Source: Vampirovibrionaceae bacterium NZW_1234
GTDB lineage: Bacteria > Cyanobacteriota > Vampirovibrionia > Vampirovibrionales > JAGQHJ01
DNA length: 64,000 bases
Assembly: GCA_041697335.1 (NCBI GenBank)
Contig: JBGUGD010000001.1
Span: forward strand, 1-64,000
Reading direction: 5' to 3'
Under the pieces are notes generated by a model that saw only the letters and a program-made list of their open reading frames with translations, was not told the DNA's origin and ran no database searches. A program made the position numbers and the translations under genes. Shown one piece after another: positions 38,128-48,498 of the stretch. Numbering within the stretch: the stretch's first letter is position 1; every line of letters starts with the position of its first letter.

Positions 38128-38496
38128 ATGGCCTTGCCCAATCGGACCTGTTTTTGGGTCAATTTGCGCGATGCCCTTCAGTGTCGTGCCTGTGGCCGAC
38201 GGCCGGAGGGGGCGGAGAATTATCATCGGGGGTTTGAGTATCATCACCTTCAACCCAAATCCCAGGGCGGGAGCGATTCGCCGGAGAATCTGGCGGTGGT
38301 GTGTCGGCAGTGTCATCAGTCCTTTCATGGGGCGAACGTCGCTCCAAATGTAACTGTGGGGCCCTTGCCCGAGGTGTTTGCATGTGCCGTCTGCCATGGG
38401 GCGCTTGACCCCACCCAGGTGGCGATGAACTGCGGGTGGTATCATTGTCATCATTGTCAGGAGACGACGCATTTGTTCCGGCATTTTTATGGCTAA
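38128..38496 (+). CDS. HNH endonuclease with C-terminal Zn finger
   Basis: CRAC...HHLQPKSQGGSDSPENLAVVCRQCH, plus CAVC/CHHC. Confidence 0.85.
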   Translation: MALPNRTCFWVNLRDALQCRACGRRPEGAENYHRGFEYHHLQPKSQGGSDSPENLAVVCRQCHQSFHGANVAPNVTVGPLPEVFACAVCHGALDPTQVAMNCGWYHCHHCQETTHLFRHFYG

Positions 38497-38509
38497 TCGG
38501 CGCCGTGGT

Positions 38510-39352
38510 TCAGAATTGGATGGCCTGGGTTTTAATGCGCTTCAGCTCCGATTCACTCAGTGGCGGTTGTTGAGGCTGGGGTGAATTCGGTCCGTTGTTC
38601 GCCAGGGGGGATGGATAAAGCCCACCGGGGCTGAAATACGTTGAAGGTGGGCAAGGGTCCTGGGCGAGCTTGGCCAAAAGGTCCTGCCACGCTTGGGGCA
38701 GTTGGGCGAGCATCAACAGCTTGCTGGGTTGTGCCGGGCCGGGTTGCGCCGATTCGGGTGGGGTGGGTGTCGGGGATGAGTTATTTTGAATTGCTGATTT
38801 TTGCTCATTTTTACTCACGTCGTCCGGTTGCCTCATCATGTCCGGTGTGCCGATGGGCTTGGCACTGGTTGCCTCTGGGGGTGAGTTATTTTGATATTCC
38901 GATTTTTGCTCATTTTTACTCACCTTGCTCGTGTCCTCCGCGCTGGGGGGCTCGGTGTAGGTGCGCCAGGGTTCGGGGCCCTCGCCGAAGGTGTGGGTGA
39001 TTTCCCGGACTTTGACTTTCTCCGGCATGGCCATTTGCAGGCACAGGCGAAGCACGCCGCTTTTGATCGTCTTGCAGGCCTCCCAGTTCAAGGTGCCGTC
39101 CTCGTTAATCAGCGACGACAGGACGAGGTTCACAAACTGCATGGCTTTGGTATTCAGTTCCCGTTGGGCGTCCACGAACTCCTCGGCCACTTTGAGGCGG
39201 ATTTCCTCGCGTTGCTTTCGCCAGCCCTGGCGCACAATGATGTTGCTAAGCTGCTTGGGGTCGATCTCATACATCTGGGCCAGGTGCCGAGGCTTCTCCC
39301 CCGCCATATAGCGCCCTTTGATTTCGTACCAATCGATTGACGAATCGGTCAT
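38510..39352 (-). CDS. Terminase-small-subunit-like HTH protein with low-complexity tail
   Basis: IDWYEIKGRYMAGEKPRHLAQMYEI...IVRQGW N-terminal HTH. RBS GGGAG. Confidence 0.6.
   Translation of the reverse strand: MTDSSIDWYEIKGRYMAGEKPRHLAQMYEIDPKQLSNIIVRQGWRKQREEIRLKVAEEFVDAQRELNTKAMQFVNLVLSSLINEDGTLNWEACKTIKSGVLRLCLQMAMPEKVKVREITHTFGEGPEPWRTYTEPPSAEDTSKVSKNEQKSEYQNNSPPEATSAKPIGTPDMMRQPDDVSKNEQKSAIQNNSSPTPTPPESAQPGPAQPSKLLMLAQLPQAWQDLLAKLAQDPCPPSTYFSPGGLYPSPLANNGPNSPQPQQPPLSESELKRIKTQAIQF
38777..38923. repeat. Two 42-bp imperfect direct repeats
   Basis: TGAGTTATTTTGA..GATTTTTGCTCATTTTTACTCAC at 38777-38818 and 38882-38923. Confidence 0.85.
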
Positions 39353-39852
39353 AGCCTATATCTCCCTATGTTGTCTAACCTAAAGTATCACTACTACGGG
39401 CATTATATCTTATTTATATACAAAAATGCCCGATATTTAGACATTCTTAAGAATTTATCGGGTGAAATGCCTTATGCTGAGAGGTTATTAGGGTGTGGGT
39501 TATCTGATGATCTCTGTTAAGACTGGAAAAATGGCTTTATCTTTGTTTGGAAGTAGTATCGAATAAGGTATTCTGGAGAGGGTGTGTTTGAAATGTGCTG
39601 AGAGGGCCTATGCTATGAGGTGACGAAAAGGGTGTTTCACGTAACCTGCCGCAACAAAAAGGCAAGCCCGGGTTAAAACAGGCTTGCCATAAAAGCAATC
39701 AAAATAGGAGACAGTCCTTATTAGTATGAGGACATCTGCTATTCCTGTCTTCATTCTACACGACCGGGCAATGTTGTCGAAGATGTGTATTGTGTTGCGG
39801 TTCGGTTAGGATGTTCTAAGGGATTTTGATTATTTGAATGAGGATCCTGTAG

Positions 39853-40023
39853 ATGGTGCAGATTCAACGCCAACCCAATCAACCCGATCGGTACTGGAAA
39901 GAAAACGGTCACGTGTGGGTCGAAGAGAACGGGAAAAAAAGACGGCTTAATCCTGAGGAAGTCCAAAAGGATCCTGATCTTCAGGCACTCCAAGAAGGTG
40001 TAGAGATTATCTTCGACTATTAG
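39853..40023 (+). CDS. Small 56-aa protein (absent from the ORF track)
   Basis: MVQIQRQPNQPDRYWKENGHVWVEENGKKRRLNPEEVQKDPDLQALQEGVEIIFDY, preceded by GAGGA. Confidence 0.5.
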   Translation: MVQIQRQPNQPDRYWKENGHVWVEENGKKRRLNPEEVQKDPDLQALQEGVEIIFDY

Positions 40024-40518
40024 AACGAGAAGCCTTTGACATGCAGGTAGGTCCTATCGGCTGGAGCCGAGACAGCCAGCTCTGTTCTAAGCAAGCTTTA
40101 AACGATGCCGTGGGGGCGTGACGATGCCTGGTGGCATCAACGCACTTAATGTTCAGTCAAGTTTCATCCAAGGATGTGGCTGGGGGACGGGGCCATTTTG
40201 GTGGGTTCTGTTTTTCGTCATGAAAACGCCGGGGCGGATCGGCGCTCGGGAAGAGAGGGGTTCTGGAAAACGGGATTTCGGGGCTGAATGCCCCGTTTCA
40301 AAAGGGAGAAGGCAGAGACGGCTGCTACAAGTCCATTGAATATGGGATGCCCTCTGATTCCGTGAGGGATTAAGCTGAAATATATTGATTTCCGGGTCGA
40401 CGATCGTCTGAAACTTTTCTGTTCTCTCTTTCGTCCGAAATACGTTTAGGGGCGTCCTCCGGTGAACCCGGGGCCACGTTTGAAGAGACCCTGCGGTCGT
40501 ATTGCCCGTTAAACCCCT

Positions 40519-41190
40519 GTGATTGTTGCAATAATGAGATCCCGACTAAACGCTGCCCGCTGTATCCTGAACCCGAAGACCCTGGTATTGGCCTGGGTGG
40601 GTTTTCTGGTGGCTGGCTTAATCGTTTGGTTTCAGTATGATACGGGTGCCGGTGAGCTGGACGCCCCACCGTACCAATGGCCTTCAGAAAGCACGTTGCG
40701 GCTGCACCCGCAGAAGCCCACGGTTATCCTGTTTCTTCATCCGTTTTGTCCTTGTAGCCAGGCCAGTTTGACGGAATTCAGCCGTCTTCAGCGTGCCCTG
40801 GCCGATCAGGCCCAATGGTATGTGGTGTTCAGCCAGCCCGGGGAAATGAAGACCTACTGGCAGACCAGCCCGTTATGGTCCAAAGCCCAAGGCATGCCCT
40901 CGGTGAAGCGGGTCCTGGATCACCAGCGCCTGGAATCCCGCCGCTTTAAGGTCAACACGTCCGGGGAAGTCATGCTGTACACGGCCGCCGGAAAACTCCG
41001 GTTTTACGGTGGTATTACCCCTTCCCGAGGTCATGAGGGTGAAAGCGTCGGTCAGAAGCGCTTGATTTCTCTCGTCAGGTCGGATAGTTCCCTCCAGGAG
41101 CGCCTGGAGCATCCTTTTCAAAGTTTCGTATTCGGTTGTCCGTTATTTAAACAGGAACAGAAAATGCGGACTGTGTCAGCTCCCATGTAG
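40519..41190 (+). CDS. RedB-like thioredoxin-fold membrane-anchored protein
   Basis: TM helix, LFLHPFCPCSQASL.E, GGITPSRGHEG, VFGC. Start uncertain. Confidence 0.7.
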   Translation: MIVAIMRSRLNAARCILNPKTLVLAWVGFLVAGLIVWFQYDTGAGELDAPPYQWPSESTLRLHPQKPTVILFLHPFCPCSQASLTEFSRLQRALADQAQWYVVFSQPGEMKTYWQTSPLWSKAQGMPSVKRVLDHQRLESRRFKVNTSGEVMLYTAAGKLRFYGGITPSRGHEGESVGQKRLISLVRSDSSLQERLEHPFQSFVFGCPLFKQEQKMRTVSAPM

Positions 41191-41223
41191 GTTTCGCTCA
41201 AGGCTTAAGGAGAAGACCCTGCC

Positions 41224-43080
41224 ATGATTTCCAGTGTTTTAGCAAACAACAATGACTCTGAAACCGTTAATGCGTTCGAGTTCCGCGCAACGTGGATGAC
41301 TAACGAGCAAGAGCTGGCCCGACAAGCGGATCGGCTGCTGGCCGAGAGTCAGCAAAAACTCTATCAACAGGCCGATAAGGTCATGGCAATCCTGTTGTTT
41401 GTGGAATGGGTGGCTCAAATCATAATTGCCCTCGTTGTTTCACCCTTGACCTGGATTGGCGAGACCAGTCAGCCGCACCTCCATCTGGTGATGGCCCTGT
41501 CCCTGGGATTTCTGAATATTGCGGTTCCGTTGTACCTGGTGAAGACGGCATCCGGTAGGCCAATGACGCGCTATGCCATTGCCGTGAGCCAAGGCATCAC
41601 CAGTGTGCTGTTGATTCACTTGACCGGGGGACGGATTGAAACCCATTTTCACGTCTTTGCCTCCCTGGCGATTTTGGCCATGTACCGGGATTGGAAAGTG
41701 ATTGCCACGATTACCGTGGTGGTGGCTTTGGATCACTTGTTTCGAGGGCTTTTCTGGCCATTGTCCGTCTTTGGCGTTACCGACGGGGTGCAATGGCGTT
41801 GGGTAGAACATGCCGGCTGGGTTGTGTTTGAGGACATCTTTCTGCTGAAAGCCTGCCTCTACAGTGTTCAGGAAATGAAAATACTGGCCCATCGCCAAGC
41901 CACCACGGATATGGCCTTGAAGACCATTCAGCACGTCAACGACAGGATTTCGAGCAATGCCAATGCCCTGAACCAGGCTGCAAACCGGTTGTTGGGCAAC
42001 ACGTCCCAGATGCACGAGAAAAACGCCGGCATGGTCGACATTACCCAGGAAGTGTTTCAGTTCTTTCGATCGCTGGAGCAAAACCTGCAGTTGATGAACT
42101 CGAAAGCCCTTGAAACCAGCCAAAAGGTGGATCTGGTGGCCGCAGAAAGTTCCAGCGTGGTCGATGGGACCCATCACGCTGTTACGGCCTTGGAAGGCAT
42201 GGCCCAGGATATGCAGGCGATGACATTGGCGGCCGAAGATATGACCTCGGTCATCAATACGGTTGCAACCGCCCTGGAAGAAATGAGCGCAGGGCTTCAG
42301 GAGGTCGCCAAGAACGCCTCGCAAGGGGCACAGTTTGCCAGGAAGACCGAAGATTTTCTGGGGCTGACCCATCAGGCCACCAGCCAGCTGAGCCAATCCG
42401 CACAGCAAATTGATATGGTCGTGAACATTATTCGAGACATTGCCTCGCAAACCAACCTGCTGGCGCTGAACGCCACCATTGAGGCGGCCAGTGCGGGTGA
42501 AGCCGGCAAAGGCTTTGCGGTGGTCGCCAATGAAGTCAAAGCCCTGGCCAAGCAGTCCTCCGATGCCACGGAAGTGATCCGGGCAAGCATTGAGGAAATT
42601 AAAAGCGCGACCAATGCCACACTCGACTCGTTGAATGAAATTGCCGGCATGATCCAGGAAATTACCCAACTCAACACCTCTACAGCCTCGTCCGTGACCC
42701 AGCAGACGGCCACGGTCCAGGAAATTAATCTGTCCATGGTCAAAGGCACCCGGGCGGTTCAGGAGGTCACCAGTCAGGTGTCCGTGGCAACCAAGACCAC
42801 CGACACCGTATTGGCCCGAATGTGGGAAACGAAACACGCGTTAGATAAAATGGGGGACCAGTTTAACCGGATCCTGCAAAACAGTACGGAAGTGGTCCAC
42901 TGTTCCCATTCGACAGTGTCCCAGTCTCAGGATATGGACAAGAGCCTCCAGGTCCTAGGGCATTCGACCCAGGAAATGACGGACATTACGGAAAACCTGA
43001 AAAGCACCGTGTTTCAGCTTACAGAGATGGCTGATGAATTGAACACCTTGCTCAATACCGATACCAGGCCAGCCACATAA
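41224..43080 (+). CDS. Methyl-accepting chemotaxis protein with multi-TM sensor domain
   Basis: [34 protein letters not shown] hairpin; TM domain with [12 protein letters not shown]. Confidence 0.95.
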   Translation: MISSVLANNNDSETVNAFEFRATWMTNEQELARQADRLLAESQQKLYQQADKVMAILLFVEWVAQIIIALVVSPLTWIGETSQPHLHLVMALSLGFLNIAVPLYLVKTASGRPMTRYAIAVSQGITSVLLIHLTGGRIETHFHVFASLAILAMYRDWKVIATITVVVALDHLFRGLFWPLSVFGVTDGVQWRWVEHAGWVVFEDIFLLKACLYSVQEMKILAHRQATTDMALKTIQHVNDRISSNANALNQAANRLLGNTSQMHEKNAGMVDITQEVFQFFRSLEQNLQLMNSKALETSQKVDLVAAESSSVVDGTHHAVTALEGMAQDMQAMTLAAEDMTSVINTVATALEEMSAGLQEVAKNASQGAQFARKTEDFLGLTHQATSQLSQSAQQIDMVVNIIRDIASQTNLLALNATIEAASAGEAGKGFAVVANEVKALAKQSSDATEVIRASIEEIKSATNATLDSLNEIAGMIQEITQLNTSTASSVTQQTATVQEINLSMVKGTRAVQEVTSQVSVATKTTDTVLARMWETKHALDKMGDQFNRILQNSTEVVHCSHSTVSQSQDMDKSLQVLGHSTQEMTDITENLKSTVFQLTEMADELNTLLNTDTRPAT

Positions 43081-43122
43081 GCCTTGATTCACTTGGTAAA
43101 CAGCTATCTTGGCCTGCTGCCT

Positions 43123-46100
43123 TTAATTTTGGAAGGCCCGGTAGAACTTTTGGGGGAGTTTTTCGGTGTCCATGATGACGCCTAAACGCTCCAGGAGCTT
43201 GTTGAAGTCCTGGTTGACGCCAAGGCGCTGGGCCGCTTGCACGGCTTTGACTGCATCCAGGGCGCCGGCGCCATCCACGCCGTCGTTGAGCTGATAGGCG
43301 GTGTCGGCCATGATTTTCTTGAACTGCTCGGTGTCCAGTGGGCGTCCTGCTGCCTGACTCATCAGAAGGGCCACAGCCGCCGTGACCGGGGCACTGAAGG
43401 AGGTACCGTCGGCTTCACCACTGGCCAGATCCCCGTTGGGTGCTCTGTCTAGAAGGGGCAGGTGGGTGCCCATGGCCATGATGTTGGGCGGAATGGCGTT
43501 AAACACATCCTGCATGCTGCTGAACCAGGAGGCCTTGTGTTGCGTGCGATCGGCGGAGCCCAGCGTATCGATGGCCCCCACCAGGATGACCCCTTTGCTC
43601 TGGGCCAGCTTGCCGTTTTCCTTGTGGAAGCCCAGGGCGTTCAAGGTGCCTACCAAGTGGTGGTTCAGGGTATCGCCGCGTTCGTTTCCGGCAGAAATGA
43701 TGAAGGTAATCCCGGCTTCGCTACCGGCTTTGAACCGGGCGCCCAGTTTGTTCAGGTAGCCTTTGACAGTGGTATCGTCGCCATACAGTAGGGCGGAGGT
43801 GCCGCCCAGGGAAATGTTGACTACCGAGACCTTGCTCTTGCCACTGGTGCGCTGGGCAATGATATCATCGATAGACCGGAGCAGGCCGTCGACTTGTTCA
43901 ATGGTGGCGCCTTTTTCCGGGAATTTCGCATCATCCCAGGCGGCGTAGCTCCAGATTTTTTCCACGCCCGGGGCAATGCCGTACTTTTTATTGGCAATGA
44001 CATCGGCCACGGTTTCGCCGTGGAAGGACTCTCTTAAGGCCATATCCCGGGTGCGTCCCCAGGTGGGGTAAACCACCTTGCCTTTGAAGCTGTCGATATC
44101 GTCGTTGATGTAGTCGCCGTCGATAATGGCAATTTCCGTGCCCCGGCCGTCAATGCCTTTTTTGTGCAGCTCATCGATGCCCAGCGAGGTGGCCAGCAGA
44201 TAAGAGGCGACTCGGTTGTCTTTCATGTAATTGGTTTTGCCGTTGCTGTTATGGATCAGGGCATTGGCAATGGCCCGGCGCAACACGGTGTTGGGTGTTT
44301 TTTCCATGAACTTCAGCAGATCCTCGCCGCCGCCATGACGCTCGATGGCTTGGGCATAGAGGTTTTTAATGAAACTGTTCATGCGATCGCCGGCTTCCAA
44401 ATCGACTTTGGGCATGCGGGTCATCAGGCGGGTGGCCAGCTCGGTGCGCTTTTGCAGAACCGCTTTGTCGGCGCTGGTTTCCGTGTTTTTGCCAATCTCG
44501 CCCAGGGCGTTGATGGCGAAAAAGTGGATGCGGCGATTGTCACTGCGAAGGGCTTTTTCCAGAAGCTCGGTATCGTCCATATTGCCGGATTTGCCCAAGG
44601 CCTTGATGGCGGCCAGGCGGGTCCCTTGGGCTACCTGCATCTTGGTATGGCCCGGGAACATGAACTGGTCGTTGGAGGAGGCGATATCCGGAATCTGGGT
44701 CCGGGCCAAGGGATCGCGAATCAGATCCTTCAGGGCGGGCTTCATGGATTCATCGCGCATTTCACCCAGGCTGCTGATCATCAGGATGCGTAAAAAGCCG
44801 TCGACATCTTCGGTTTTGCTGACATAGGTCCGCATGGCGTCGGCATGGGCTTTAAATTCCGGCTTGGCGGCCAGATCCTGCCATTTTTTGCCGAAGGACG
44901 AATAGCTCTTCACGCGCTGTTCGACAATACCCTGGGTGGCTTCATCCAGGGCTTTGCCCGAAGCATTCAGGCGTTGCAGGGCTTTTCGGACATCGCGGAT
45001 TTCGTTGAAAATTTCCGACTTGTAAAAGCTCTTGGTAAATTGCGGGTGGGTGCTGTACACGGCCGCATACTTTTGCAGCGAGCGCAAACGATTGGTATTG
45101 GTTTTCATGTCCCCGCCCAGAGATGGGGTCAGGATCTCATGGACCGAGGCCAGGGCATCGAACCGCGTATCGCTGTCTTCCATTTTATCGGTCGCAATGG
45201 TCATCAGGCTTTTAATGGCGGTTTCGTCTTTCAGCATGGCGCTGCCGACCATGGCCATGCGGCGCAGGGTGCGGTTGTCCTCGGAATTGGTTTGCAGCGT
45301 ATTGCTGTAGATGTCCTGAAACAGGGGGCCTGCCTTCTGGAGCTTCATGCTGCTGAGGAGGGAAATCCCCAGTTTGCGAAGCTTAACGGAGTTTTGTTGG
45401 ATCTTTTCGTTCAGCTGTTTCTCGACTTTGGGATCCGGGGTGGAAGAGCTGGATGCCGGTTTGGCCGTGACTTCCCGGACTTTGACCTGGGCCTGTTTGA
45501 GGCTCGCAAAATCCAGCAGCTGGTTTTGGACATCGTCTTTCTGGTGTTTGAAATACTCGATGGTTTTTTCAAACACAGTGTCGTTGTCCTGGAAGTACAA
45601 GGGGTAGGCTGCCATTTGTTTCAACAGGATGGGGGCGGCTTCCGGCTGTCGGTCGTCCAGTAAATAAGTGATAATGCGCTGGGCGCCTTTTTCGGGGAAG
45701 GATCCCGGAGGGGGTTCCGAGCCGCCGCCGAAAATAAAGGTGACTTTTTCGCCTTTGGCCGGAGGCATGACGGGGGCTTTTTCCGCGGGTGGGGCGGGTT
45801 TTGCCACGGTATCCTGAGGGACAATCAGTTTTTCCACCTTGGTCCATATGGTTTTGTTTTCATGGCGCAAGAGGACGCCGACGGTGGCTGCCGTGAGATC
45901 CGGCTGATCCGCCACTTTGAGTTGATCCAGAAACTTCAGCATCTCTTCGCCGACAGCTTTGTCCTGAGGTGCATAGCGAAGGGCTTCCAAGGACATCAGC
46001 CGGTTGGACATAGGCAATGTCACTTCCTGGGCGGCTTCCATCAGTTGGGCCTTGGTGCGGGGATCCGCCGTGCGACCCAGGGAGCGGGCGGCAATCAGGC

Positions 46101-46671
46101 GCAGATCCTTGACCACATATTTGGAACTGTCTTCCAGCTCCTCTACCTCGTCCGGGCTCATAAACCGGGAGGCTTTGGGGCGTTCACCGTCTTTGGTTTT
46201 CTCGGAGACCACCACTTTGAGCATATACGGCATGATGGCCTTGCTGAATTCTTCCCGATCGGCCGCGTTGCCTTTGGCACCCAGCTTGCCCAAGGCCTGG
46301 ACTGCTGCCTTGAGGGTGTATTCACTGGCAACGCCGTCGCTTAAAATGCGCTTGATATGGGGAATGGCATCGCGTTCGTTAATCTCCCCGGCATTGTGCA
46401 GGGCAGCTGCCACGAGGTCATCATCGGTGCTTTCCAACTGCTTGACCAGCTTTGCGCTTTCCGGGGTGACGGCGGCTTTGGCCGAATCCGTAAAGACAGG
46501 TGCAAATAAGCCTGCCGTGGCCAACGCGGCAACGGGAAGAAAGGCGCTTTTTCTCACCGGCCCCGATTCGCGTTGACTGCCAAAAACAGGCGATGCCTGA
46601 CGGGCTGCTGTGGACGTTGCTGTTTTCGGCAGACGATATGCAGGCACATGGCCGAATTGAATGGTCACCAT
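43123..46671 (-). CDS. HEAT-repeat protein with C-terminal S8 (subtilisin) peptidase
   Basis: Triad IAIID / FHGETVA / GTSFSAP, oxyanion SAGNE; HEAT-like R..A..ALG units. Confidence 0.88.
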   Translation of the reverse strand: MVTIQFGHVPAYRLPKTATSTAARQASPVFGSQRESGPVRKSAFLPVAALATAGLFAPVFTDSAKAAVTPESAKLVKQLESTDDDLVAAALHNAGEINERDAIPHIKRILSDGVASEYTLKAAVQALGKLGAKGNAADREEFSKAIMPYMLKVVVSEKTKDGERPKASRFMSPDEVEELEDSSKYVVKDLRLIAARSLGRTADPRTKAQLMEAAQEVTLPMSNRLMSLEALRYAPQDKAVGEEMLKFLDQLKVADQPDLTAATVGVLLRHENKTIWTKVEKLIVPQDTVAKPAPPAEKAPVMPPAKGEKVTFIFGGGSEPPPGSFPEKGAQRIITYLLDDRQPEAAPILLKQMAAYPLYFQDNDTVFEKTIEYFKHQKDDVQNQLLDFASLKQAQVKVREVTAKPASSSSTPDPKVEKQLNEKIQQNSVKLRKLGISLLSSMKLQKAGPLFQDIYSNTLQTNSEDNRTLRRMAMVGSAMLKDETAIKSLMTIATDKMEDSDTRFDALASVHEILTPSLGGDMKTNTNRLRSLQKYAAVYSTHPQFTKSFYKSEIFNEIRDVRKALQRLNASGKALDEATQGIVEQRVKSYSSFGKKWQDLAAKPEFKAHADAMRTYVSKTEDVDGFLRILMISSLGEMRDESMKPALKDLIRDPLARTQIPDIASSNDQFMFPGHTKMQVAQGTRLAAIKALGKSGNMDDTELLEKALRSDNRRIHFFAINALGEIGKNTETSADKAVLQKRTELATRLMTRMPKVDLEAGDRMNSFIKNLYAQAIERHGGGEDLLKFMEKTPNTVLRRAIANALIHNSNGKTNYMKDNRVASYLLATSLGIDELHKKGIDGRGTEIAIIDGDYINDDIDSFKGKVVYPTWGRTRDMALRESFHGETVADVIANKKYGIAPGVEKIWSYAAWDDAKFPEKGATIEQVDGLLRSIDDIIAQRTSGKSKVSVVNISLGGTSALLYGDDTTVKGYLNKLGARFKAGSEAGITFIISAGNERGDTLNHHLVGTLNALGFHKENGKLAQSKGVILVGAIDTLGSADRTQHKASWFSSMQDVFNAIPPNIMAMGTHLPLLDRAPNGDLASGEADGTSFSAPVTAAVALLMSQAAGRPLDTEQFKKIMADTAYQLNDGVDGAGALDAVKAVQAAQRLGVNQDFNKLLERLGVIMDTEKLPQKFYRAFQN

Positions 46672-46866
46672 AAGTCGATTCCTCCCCGACGCAGTAGCAC
46701 GATACTCCCAAGTAAAACGATGCTTTCAGTCGTCTCAACGGATTGTGAGACGTACCCTTCCATATGGTCAGTAAGGATAGGACAGTGGCATGAAGATGGC
46801 AAGTTATTTTTTAAACAATATCTTATATAGCCTGATAGTCTAATCTATCGTTATCGTTGCCTGAGA

Positions 46867-47502
46867 TCATCTGGGGAAGGTGTGTTGCCGGATCCACTTT
46901 GTGGCAACCCATTTCTCGCCGCGGATAACCGGGCTGGACCCATGCCAGGTTTGCCAGTCGACCTCCCCGTCGGCGTCGGTATTAAAGAACACCAGCGCCA
47001 TGCCTTTTTGAGGGGGGATGCTGAGGTGAATATGGGGAAAAATGGTTTCCCCACCCGATTCAACATCATTGAGATACAACAGTACCGTAATGTAACGCTG
47101 GCCGCCACGAGCCAGTTCCCGGGAGCGCCCGGGTGTTTTGGGGTTGAAAAAGTCATAGTGGGGAATATATTCCTCCCCAGGGCCGTAATGCAGCACCTGT
47201 AAATCTTCGCCATTCTCCAAAGGCATCTCCAACCACTGGGCCAAGCGTTGCTCAATGCCGGAAACCACGGCATCGCCCTGGAACGGTAAAAAGGTTACCG
47301 TGCTGGTTCTGGCCGAGTGGGTAATGCGCTCGCCCGTATCCGGATCCAGGACCGTGGCCCGCTGCATGGTGGGCGTTGCCAGGTCAATAATATGTCGGCA
47401 TTCGGCCTCTGTGAGAAATCCGGGGTATTGCCAGATGCTGGGTTTAAAACTGAGGCGCGTCAGCACGGGCTTTGGGGCTTTGGGCTTAAACAGGGTCCAC
47501 AT
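46867..47502 (-). CDS. Prolyl 4-hydroxylase-like 2OG-Fe(II) oxygenase
   Basis: RTS, PHYDFF (HxD), GGETIFP, WHGSSPVIRGEKWVATKW. Confidence 0.92.
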   Translation of the reverse strand: MWTLFKPKAPKPVLTRLSFKPSIWQYPGFLTEAECRHIIDLATPTMQRATVLDPDTGERITHSARTSTVTFLPFQGDAVVSGIEQRLAQWLEMPLENGEDLQVLHYGPGEEYIPHYDFFNPKTPGRSRELARGGQRYITVLLYLNDVESGGETIFPHIHLSIPPQKGMALVFFNTDADGEVDWQTWHGSSPVIRGEKWVATKWIRQHTFPR

Positions 47503-47536
47503 CGGCTAAATTCGTCCTTGCGCTTGAAATGCTGTA

Positions 47537-48220
47537 TCAGGGGGTTCTTCTGGGGCGCGTGTATTCAGCTTCCCTGACCCATTTGGTGGCCACCCACTTC
47601 TCCCCGGCCAGGACCGGGGATGAGCCATGCAAGGACTCCGGGTCCAATTCGCCGTTGGCATAGACGTTATAAAACAGGAGGGCATCTCCTTGTCTGGGCC
47701 TAATCGTCAAGCCCGCAGTGGGGAAGATGGTTTCTCCACCGGATTCGACAGTGTTCAGGTACATGAGAATGGTGATGACCCGTTGACCGCCATAATTTAA
47801 AGTCTTGTGACTTCCGACACGGGCGGGATCAAAATAATCGTAATGCGGGCGGTATTCCTGGCCGATCTGGTAATTCAGAATCTGGATGTCTTCGCCATTT
47901 TCTACCGGTAACCCGCATAATTGGGCCAACCGTTCCTCGATGGTCGCCACAAAACTGTCCTGGCCCGGTTTGAGCATGACCAATGAACTGGTTCTGCCTT
48001 CCGATTGCAGGTTCTCTCCGGTCTCTAAATCGAAGGTCGTTGCCCGTGTGAGGTTCCCTTGGGCCATTTGGATCAGGGTTTCGCATTCCTCGGGTGTCAA
48101 AAAATCTTCGGCCAACCAGACACTGGGACATTCCGACAGATGAATCAGTGGTTTTACATCCACTTCCAAGTCTTCCATTGGGGTTGTGAGTTGCATAGGG
48201 GCTGGGGTCCTTGATGACAC
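47537..48220 (-). CDS. Prolyl 4-hydroxylase-like 2OG-Fe(II) oxygenase (paralog)
   Basis: PHYDYF, GGETIFP, LHGSSPVLAGEKWVATKW. Start uncertain. Confidence 0.92.
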   Translation of the reverse strand: MSSRTPAPMQLTTPMEDLEVDVKPLIHLSECPSVWLAEDFLTPEECETLIQMAQGNLTRATTFDLETGENLQSEGRTSSLVMLKPGQDSFVATIEERLAQLCGLPVENGEDIQILNYQIGQEYRPHYDYFDPARVGSHKTLNYGGQRVITILMYLNTVESGGETIFPTAGLTIRPRQGDALLFYNVYANGELDPESLHGSSPVLAGEKWVATKWVREAEYTRPRRTP

Positions 48221-48498
48221 ACTTACGAATACTGTGGGTTTACCCTGGTTTTGAATTTAACACAGTGGGTTGGGTTCAATTGCGTTACATATGACGTTTG
48301 TAAAAAAAAGGAAACATTGACATTGAATTTATAGAAAAAGGTTGCATGGAATTTTTAAAACCCGACAATGGTGCCTACTGTTTTTCAATTAAATGTTAAA
48401 ACTTTAAAGGTTATTTAAGCAATCGTGTCTTTTGTTTCGGAACTGTAAGTTGCGTTTGGCGATATCAAGACACATCGACAGTTGAGGAGTTTCTAGTA

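Noticed and set aside
38128..40500. Intact prophage
   Set aside because: Only HNH and TerS-like genes; no integrase, large terminase, portal, capsid or tail genes.
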